DNA of 63,951 nucleotides, filler included, from Saprolegnia diclina VS20 (Eukaryota), in the NCBI RefSeq assembly GCF_000281045.1. It is 4 parts of 2 records of this genome, joined end to end, with 100 filler letters (N's around TTAATTAATTAA, not from the genome) between each part and the next. Parts side by side here need not be neighbours in the genome. Positions count along the whole stretch, not along the records: positions 52,145 to 62,840 come from NW_008246076.1; positions 62,941 to 63,951 come from NW_008246079.1; 2 more parts are not named here. One strand, written 5' to 3'. Positions 56,582-63,951 of this stretch are shown here, piece by piece (position 1 is the first letter of the stretch; each line of letters opens with the position of its first letter). The notes beneath the pieces were generated by a model. It saw only the letters and a list, made by a program, of their open reading frames with translations. It ran no database searches and was not told where the DNA came from. A program made the position numbers and the translations under genes.

Positions 56582-58795
56582 TTACGAGGCGCCGGCGCCG
56601 GCTTGTCCGAGGCCTACAACACGCTGTTATCTACCTTGTGTTATTTGACTCAACGCTTGCGTACCGAGGACGTAGCTCATGCGGCGAGCGCCGTCGACGC
56701 CATCGGCGTCACCGAGACCGCGCATGACGTTGCCAAACGTGTGCCAGTACTGCGCACTCTGCGGCTTGGCGTTGATCCTACACACGATTCTTTTTATCAA
56801 GCTTTCAAAAGGAAGCGTACCGCTCGTTGAGCACAAGTTGCGCGAGGTCATACTGCCCACCACGGGTTGCCCTACCCACAACACAATCGTATCGAGCTGC
56901 AACAACAAGGACTAGAACGCACGCATCGATGAGCAGCATATCGTAGAGCTCCTGCTCGACCTTGGACCCGCCAAGTACCTATAGCAACATGTCAAATAAA
57001 AAATAGGAAAAATAGGAAAAATAGGAAAAATAGAAAATATGAAAAATAGGAAAATAATCAATGGAGACGTACGTGGGCTTGCGTCCGAACGCGCAAGAGA
57101 CCAGTAACCGCGTCGTTAAACCGATGCTACAACCGGCGTCACGCGACATTATTGGCATGTCACGGAGAGACAACCTCGTTGTAGGCCGTGACCGCTGCGA
57201 ACGCAGCTTGCGCAGTGACCGAAAACCCTAACCCCACATGTCATTTCGAGTTGGTCAACGAGGGCTGTACCAGCATCCGGGTAGCTAAATGTGGTCACGC
57301 TGCGCTCGAGTGCGGCCGCTACAGTCGCCACGTCCCACGCGTCGTCACCAAGTCCTGTCTCAACGCGCAGTGTAAGCTATACTCCGCGCACATATCCTTT
57401 GGTACCGGACGTGGGCGCGGCGAGCTGCATGCGGATGTCGTCGGGCGCCGACGCATGCGACAACATTGTCTAATTGACACTTCGTATACTCATGGCACAA
57501 GACATATCGTACATGCGCATGGAGCATAGCAAGCGGCGTGAGCGGGACGTGGCTGTCGACAACGTGACGCCACTGCGTCATGAGCTCGATCGCAATCGAG
57601 TCGGCGGGAAAACCCGCAAGAACCAGGCGCCAGTAAATTTGCGTCGCATCGATCAACACGTTGGCCGACATGGTCTACACGATCCATGTCCACAGGTCGA
57701 TCAGACAACTTGTCCATTCTACTACCTCGGACGTCAAAATATCGTGGCGAAGGAGCTTGAGCACGCGGTCGTAGCGACCGGTTTCAATGAGAAAGAGCGC
57801 GAAATGCGTCTGCACATGGGTCCGCAACACCGCGTACGTCTCCCATTGGTCCTAATAGCATATATATCAATGTATCAATATAGCACCAACGACAATAGTG
57901 TCGGCTTTGTCGATTTACCGCACTCTGTAGCAATAGACTCGCGCCGTCTTGGTGCTTGCCTTGGACTTCAAAGACATGCAAAAGAGCATGCACTACGTAT
58001 CTACCATGAGCCGATACTCAGCGACGACGAAGAGGCGTACACGCAACCGCGTCTTCTTCGTGCATGGACATGGCGCGGTCGGCGAGGCTCTGCGCGGCGC
58101 CGTGGTCGCCGTTCTCTGAGAGCGCGTACGCTTGCATCGCTAGGAGGTGGCTGTATCCCGGCATCGTCGCCGACCACTGCGGCAGCACGCGGGAGACCAC
58201 GTGAAGCATGTTGCTCTTGTCCCTAACGTTTCGCATTGGACAGCTTGTCTATATACAGCAATGTACCCGAGGATCGCGTAGAGCTCGGTGGCGCACTTGA
58301 GCGCGAGGAGATCGGTCACATCATGGCGCAATATGGTCTCGTAGACAGCAACCGCGTTGCGGCACTGGCCTTGGACGAGGTAGTCGAGGGCGTGGACGTG
58401 CCACTTTTCCAGCGTGCTCGTCTCGACTGCATGACGATGAGGAATAGGACAAGAAGCGGAAGCGTACCGCGGGCGGCAATGGCCTTGGCCGTCGCGACGC
58501 GCGAGGACGCGTGGACGCTGTCGGCGTGCGTATGCGGCGAGAGGTATTGGCTCGCACCAATCAGGACGTGGCCCATGAGAAAGTCTGTGTCCTTCTCGAC
58601 GATCGCGGCCAGCGAGTGCTGCGGGTGCATGGTCTGCGCAACGTACCCGAGCAGCGCGAGGTGGTACTCACTCGAGCCAAAGGTCGTTGGCGCAGCAGCC
58701 GGCGAGCCCTCGTCGTCGCCAAAGAGACGGCCAAAGAACGAGAGATGGCGGCGGCCCACGACGGGCTTGCGCAGTGCACGGGCAACCAGCATCAT
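56582..58795 (-). CDS. TTC38: TTC38-like tetratricopeptide protein; many exons; transit-peptide-like N-terminus
   Basis: DLLALK, RVLPQW..GYSHLLAMQAYALSENG..RAMSM, HALLHVFEVQG, DATQIYWRLVLAG; starts MMLVARALRKPVVGRRHLSFF. Confidence 0.75.
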
Positions 58796-59505
58796 GCGAG
58801 ATGGACTGGCGGATACCACCGAGACGATTTCAGCCAATGGCCTTGCGCCAAGCTGTATTATTTCCACCAATGAGAACGCTTGCAGAGACCATCGAAATCT
58901 TCCGGCATCGCAGACAGCGCTCACGACGCTCACGACGTGTCTGCAAGAGAGGACACCAAACAGAATACTCTAGCACAAGCAATATGACAGAAAACATGGC
59001 CGGAACTTGGTGCTCCTGACGGCGCCACCGGCGCTGCCCCATCCGTCCTTTCTAGCCACCCACGTCCTGCACGCACGCCAAACACGGAGTTGCGTCACTT
59101 TCTACGAGTCTAGTTGTTTTTGCTCTATAGCCAATAGAACCCTACTCACCGAGTAGTACAGTCGAGTAGCTCGTGTCGTTGCAAGGCGTGTACGTCGGAA
59201 CGTCAGCTTGCATCGAAGTTGGCGCACCGAAGAAGTGCCTTCAACAAGATCCATCGAGGCTCAACGAACTGAGCTCGTGGTGTCGCCGACGCCACCCTAG
59301 TGGCACGCATCTATTTTGCCGGTACCCACCTCTCAACATACTGTATGAGTACCTTCTCTATCCTACCGCGTCTATTAGAAAATAGACAACTTGTGTATTT
59401 TCATAGGGCTATATCTGCATTAAAATAGTTATATTAGCTACGACCGAGTCTATACACGACACTACGTTTACGTTCTTCATCTTCACCATCGCGGTCCTTG
59501 TCGAC

Positions 59506-61254
59506 TTACGTCAGCTGGATGTTGGACCACGCATGCAGTGACGGATCCACGAGCTGCGTGTTGATGCCCGTGAAGTCATCGAGCATTTGGTCCCACGACG
59601 CGTTTGGCGGGTACTGCTGGATCGGCTCCATCGGGTCGTAGTGCGACGACGGCGGCGGGCCTTGGCCGGGGGTCGGTGGCCGGAACGATGCGTTCGTTGG
59701 TGTGTTCATGAGCACTGCGTCGAGCGCCGACGGGCCGTTGTGGTCGTCAAAGATGCTGTCGGGCAGCCGCGGGCCGCCCGCGCGCATCGACAAGGGCGTC
59801 AACGTCGGTGTCCGACGCTTGTAGTCGTACCCATTTGGGAGCCCGTACGTGGGCTGCAAGGGCGGCATGGCCTCGCGGTGATGGTACCGCCCGCCGTCGT
59901 GCTTGTCGAGCTGTTGGCGGAAGCTAGCTTGCGGCACCTTGGTGTACATGGTGTTCATAAACATGTTGCTGCTGCTCGTACTCGTCAAGTCCAGGTCGGG
60001 CTTGCCGTACTCGACGTTGTGCTGGCTGTGCTTCATGCCGCTGTCCATGAACGGCGTGTCCCACGGACTCTGCGACGGCGGCGGTTGATGCTGGTGCTCG
60101 ACGTCCGGGCGGCGAGCGACCTTCTTGGCCGGTGGCGCCCCGTTGCTGCGGTGGCCATTGTTGTTACCGGCGTTGTTGGCGTTGCTGTTGGTAGGGTTGA
60201 GGTTGTGGGTAGGGTTGGGGTTGGTGCTCGTGGACGGCGCGTCGACGGTGCTTGGCTCGGGGGCATTCGGGTTGGACCACGAGAGGAGCTGGTCAAACAT
60301 GCCTTCGCGGAGCTTCTGCATGGCCTGTTTCTTCTTCTTGGGCTCGGTCGTGTCGAGGCCGTCGACTTGCTGGCCGACCGACATGGCAAACTTGAGAAAG
60401 TTGGAGACCCAAAACTGAATGACGGCGAGGCGGAGGTCGTGGAGCTCAAGGAAGCCGTCTTGACGTGCATTGTCCTTGCGCTGCAGCATGACGACCTCTT
60501 GGCGGAACGCCGACTCGGCAGCGGAGAACTCAATCTGACGCGCTTGGTGCGACTCGGTGTCAAAGCAAATGCGGAACCCGTTGTTGGACGTCTTTGGCAC
60601 GCGGTACGTGCGCTTCCCGAGCGCGTTCTTTTGAAACTTTTTGGAGAGTCGCATCGGCGAGCAGTTGAGGAGCTTGGCGAGCACGAGCCGCACGGGCGTG
60701 CCATTCGCGAGCGGGAACGTGCCATGGTCAAACTCGTCGACGATCATGTTGACAAACTTCTCTTCCTGCTTGGTCCACTTGCCGCTGCGCTGGGTCGGCT
60801 TGGACGACATGTCGACGGGCACGACCGCGATCTTGGCCACGTCGCCTTGGCAGTACGGACACGTGAGCATTGGCCAAATGCCCACGCAGCGCGAGTGGAA
60901 CGTGTGGCCGCATTCGGGCACGGTCAGAATCGGGTCCGGGTACTTGCACACGTCGCACGTGCGCTGGCTTTGCGGGCCGCCAGACAATGGCGCCGACGTG
61001 GGCGCGGCGACGACGGGCTCGGCCGTGTACGGCGGCGACGCGGGCGCCTTGCGCTTGAGCGCGTACTGGTTGTTGGCGTTGCTGTTGGCGTTGTTATTGC
61101 TGCTGCTGCTCGCCATCGCGTTGTGGTACGACGACGCTTGTTGTTGCTGCATCTGCATGTGGAAGGACGAGGCGCCGCCGTGGCTGTACATGGGCTCGAG
61201 GCTCATGCCATGGTGGTCATAGTGATAGGGCTCGTGGGCCGGGTCGTGGGACAT
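59506..61254 (-). CDS. RING-H2 + unnamed Myb/HTH-like domain protein with low-complexity N/Q/P regions (putative transcription factor)
   Basis: CDVC..CGHTFHSRC..CPYC, then SGKWTKQEEKFV..GTPVRLVLAKLLNCSPMRLSKKF; acidic/aromatic C-terminus. Confidence 0.85.
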   Translation of the reverse strand: MSHDPAHEPYHYDHHGMSLEPMYSHGGASSFHMQMQQQQASSYHNAMASSSSNNNANSNANNQYALKRKAPASPPYTAEPVVAAPTSAPLSGGPQSQRTCDVCKYPDPILTVPECGHTFHSRCVGIWPMLTCPYCQGDVAKIAVVPVDMSSKPTQRSGKWTKQEEKFVNMIVDEFDHGTFPLANGTPVRLVLAKLLNCSPMRLSKKFQKNALGKRTYRVPKTSNNGFRICFDTESHQARQIEFSAAESAFRQEVVMLQRKDNARQDGFLELHDLRLAVIQFWVSNFLKFAMSVGQQVDGLDTTEPKKKKQAMQKLREGMFDQLLSWSNPNAPEPSTVDAPSTSTNPNPTHNLNPTNSNANNAGNNNGHRSNGAPPAKKVARRPDVEHQHQPPPSQSPWDTPFMDSGMKHSQHNVEYGKPDLDLTSTSSSNMFMNTMYTKVPQASFRQQLDKHDGGRYHHREAMPPLQPTYGLPNGYDYKRRTPTLTPLSMRAGGPRLPDSIFDDHNGPSALDAVLMNTPTNASFRPPTPGQGPPPSSHYDPMEPIQQYPPNASWDQMLDDFTGINTQLVDPSLHAWSNIQLT

Positions 61255-62840
61255 CGCTCCTCACTTCTTCGTGTCGACGAAGGGAAACACCAACTGGCCG
61301 AAGAACCGGGAGCGCAGTAGCCAGCTGGCATGGCCATGATCTAAGAACCACCTGGCCGAGGTTGCATTACTGCTGCGCGGCCCTGCCCCACATGGCAGTA
61401 GCTTGGAGGCTGGCGCCAAGGCGGGTCAATTTTATTCCTATAGCACTTGCTATTTGTATGTGTATTTGATGCTGGCAATACCTAAGATCGAAGAGCGCAT
61501 GGTGCGCCGCCACGTCTTAATCTTGGACTTTGTATACATTCTTCGAACTTCGAGAAGCCATCCGCCTCGGGGATTACGCTTGCTGGACAGCGTGGGACTT
61601 ATCGACAGGCGCCTCGAAGTTGTCGTCGTCCTTCGAGTTGCATTAAATTAAGTCAATTCACTGGAAGAGAGTATGTAATAAAATGCGTTTGCTAAAAAAG
61701 AGCCAAAGAAGAGCCAAATTTTGGTCAAAATGGGTGGAGCCATAATATTAGATTCGATTACGCGTGATCCAACCTGGGCGGCGACAACGGCTCGCAGCGC
61801 GACCTTGTCTCTGTGCGGAGCTCGTATATTAAAGCGAATTGTTTGCTATGTCTTTGGCCTTTTGTCCGGAAGGCTCCGTTTCGTAGGTTTGCTTGCAGGA
61901 CAGTTCGTCACGCAGCCGATCCAAAGTTGGCATCGACACCACGTGCAACTGCCTTTCTCTTCGGGGGGCATAGAAATCGCAAGTCGTATCGCACCAACTT
62001 CGACCAGCTGGGCGCTGGCCTCATCCACTTCAACGATTCAAATATTGAACCCAGTGACAGCTGCGCCCGTAGTGACTTGTGCCGCCTCGCTACCAGCGAC
62101 GTCTGATCGCGACGAAGTCTTTGCGGCGGCCCAAGTTACGACTGGCTGGTATTCGCAGGCGGAAAATCCTCCAACGGCAACTGCGCCAATGGTGGTTGCT
62201 TCCGCAGCTTCGCGCGTACAACACAGAGAGATAGAGAACATCCCATAAAAGAGTCATCAAGTACCTGGCACGACTGGGCATGGTATGTGCGGTTGGACTA
62301 CGGTGCCGCCGATGGAAGAGGCACTGTGGACGCTTTCGCTCGGACTAATAGAGGGGTAGTAGCCGCTTGCTGCGCTTGCGAGTCAATGAAAGGAGACATG
62401 CTTGAACTCAAGTTTCCAAGGGGCGCCGCCCATCACGACCTTCAAGGAAGCAAGCGCTGTCGTCGAGACAAGCCGACGCAAGTATGCGATGTAGACGCTG
62501 AAAAAGTGAAGTCCAAATGGGTGGCGGGTCGACTTGGATCAAAATGCACCCAATGATCATGCGTTCATGAAGCAGAGAACGCATCAATCTCCGCCGGCTT
62601 CATGAAGCGACGATCACATCACACACCATGGTGGGAGTAGGCGCTTCAAGGATCGAAGCCGCGCGTGTTGGAATCCCCAAGTCCTCCAATGGCCGGACCC
62701 GGGACGGGTCGAGTTGAAGCCGGAGCAAATCGGGGCGGCAGCGATGTTCGCACCTTGCGACTTGGCGAGCTCGGATATCGACTATGGAGCAAGCTGGTGG
62801 AGGAGGCATCCAGAGCGCTGGCGTGACGAAGCGAATGGCG

Positions 62841-62940
62841 NNNNNNNNNNNNNNNNNNNNNNNNNNNNNNNNNNNNNNNNNNNNTTAATTAATTAANNNN
62901 NNNNNNNNNNNNNNNNNNNNNNNNNNNNNNNNNNNNNNNN
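62841..62940. other. Artificial scaffold linker N44-TTAATTAATTAA-N44
   Basis: Same 100-nt spacer as at 25411. Confidence 0.97.
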
Positions 62941-62970
62941 TGGCGCTTCCTTGGCACATGGGAAGGCTTC

Positions 62971-63750
62971 ATGATGGTGCGCTTCGCCGCTCAGAGCTCC
63001 CATCCCGAGTGCTACGCCGTGAATGGCGTCAACTGTCTGCTTGGCGAGAACGTCGACGACCTCTTGCCACTACTGGCCGCGTACGAAGGCAATCGGACCA
63101 GCGGCAACAACGATACGAGTCTCTCAACATTTCCAGCGCCGTGCGGACCCGCGCGTCGAGAGCACTGGGGCAACGAAGGCTACTCTGGCTCAAACGAGTG
63201 GTGCTGGGCGGCAAAACGGCAGCTTCCGCTCTTTGACGCTCGTGGCAGCCTCGCCCACTGTGTCTCCGGGCCTCTCGGTATTGCGGCCGTGCGGTCTTTC
63301 CAGCAAAGATCGTATTGCGTCTCCAAAGTCCAATGGTCGTCGTTTGGGGAGTGCCGATTCTTCTCCAACTGGGCGACGTGCCAAGCGAGCGTCGAGCGAC
63401 TGCTTCTTCAAGACGACGGTTTGTACTCCTACGGCGAGTCGAGCTGCAATGGCAACGAGAAAACGTGCGTCGACCCACCAAGTTACAACTACGGTTTCTC
63501 GCTGCCGTCGGGGGATGGTCTTTTCGGCGGCATCCTCGCGGGTCTCTTTGCAGTTGGCGTGCTCGGCGCTCTCGCTGGCTTTTACATCAAGAAGAAGGAC
63601 CGTCAGATGGCAGCCTCGCGACCTGCGATTGAAGCCACCGTGTGCTCGAGCAAGGACGGCGACGAGGACGACGAGGAAGATGATTTTCCCGTCTATCGAG
63701 CCTCCAACTACGTGCGGGATGATTCAAGATCTGAGCCTGAGCAGCCCTAG
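62971..63750 (+). CDS. Cys-rich extracellular domain + single TM + acidic tail protein (5' end probably lost in the gap)
   Basis: ECYAVNGVNC..CGPARREHWGNEGY..WC motif; TM segment GGILAGLFAVGVLGALAGFY followed by KKKDR stop-transfer. Confidence 0.75.
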   Translation: MMVRFAAQSSHPECYAVNGVNCLLGENVDDLLPLLAAYEGNRTSGNNDTSLSTFPAPCGPARREHWGNEGYSGSNEWCWAAKRQLPLFDARGSLAHCVSGPLGIAAVRSFQQRSYCVSKVQWSSFGECRFFSNWATCQASVERLLLQDDGLYSYGESSCNGNEKTCVDPPSYNYGFSLPSGDGLFGGILAGLFAVGVLGALAGFYIKKKDRQMAASRPAIEATVCSSKDGDEDDEEDDFPVYRASNYVRDDSRSEPEQP

Positions 63751-63951
63751 TTAAAAGATATTGGATCCAATGTACATTATTTGCATCTTTGAAACCTGCT
63801 AATACACTTGTGGCTAGTAATGACAGATTCAGTCCCGATGAAACGATGCGGCCACAGGATTCGCTCGAGAGACGTTGTCACGACTGCAATGATGCTTGTC
63901 CGCCATGTGCTCGAAAGACGCTTTCAAAAGAGGCGTCCCCAACTAGGCCTC

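Noticed and set aside
7535..61320. Very long antisense ORFs (7535-8827, 9736-10758, 13066-15312, 14922-16694, 17202-18614, 36209-37207, 59587-61320)
   Set aside because: Shadow ORFs opposite real genes; strong C/G third-position bias removes antisense stops, and the translations have no motifs.
61700..62840. ORFs before the last linker
   Set aside because: Non-ATG starts, no codon bias and no recognisable domain; possibly decayed repeats but unsupported.
1..63951. tRNA, rRNA or snRNA genes
   Set aside because: None recognised by eye; tRNAscan-SE and Infernal/Rfam would be needed to exclude them.

Overview
Eukaryotic, gene-dense, GC3-rich genomic DNA, most likely from an oomycete of the Saprolegniales. 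Evidence for this is inferential: ~45-60 nt introns with GTAC/GTGC donors and mostly TAG acceptors, Inr+FPR and CCAAT promoter motifs, and lineage-typical gene families. The window is a scaffold of at least four pieces joined by an artificial N44-TTAATTAATTAA-N44 linker (25411-25510, 52045-52144, 62841-62940), plus two ordinary gaps (4329-4428, 5094-5764). Housekeeping genes: annexin, RRP12, MMS19, mitochondrial RRF, RRP36, FNTA, AP-1 gamma, THEM6, GMPPA, PRIM2, TTC38 and a GT71 mannosyltransferase. The most interesting items are: (1) a tandem/inverted array of uncharacterised ~650-aa six-TM proteins with a divergent glycosylated ectodomain and a homogenised membrane/cytoplasmic half; (2) three ankyrin-PH-PSAP-RING (XBAT34/35-like) E3 ligases that may target ESCRT-I, two of them visible only after splicing; (3) two proteins sharing an unnamed Myb/HTH-like 'GKW..EE...C.PMR.SKK' domain, one as a tandem pair and one fused to a RING-H2; (4) a degenerate SABATH methyltransferase, an atypical homeodomain lacking Asn51 and an OB-fold remnant. 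Exon boundaries were read by eye and no database searches were run.
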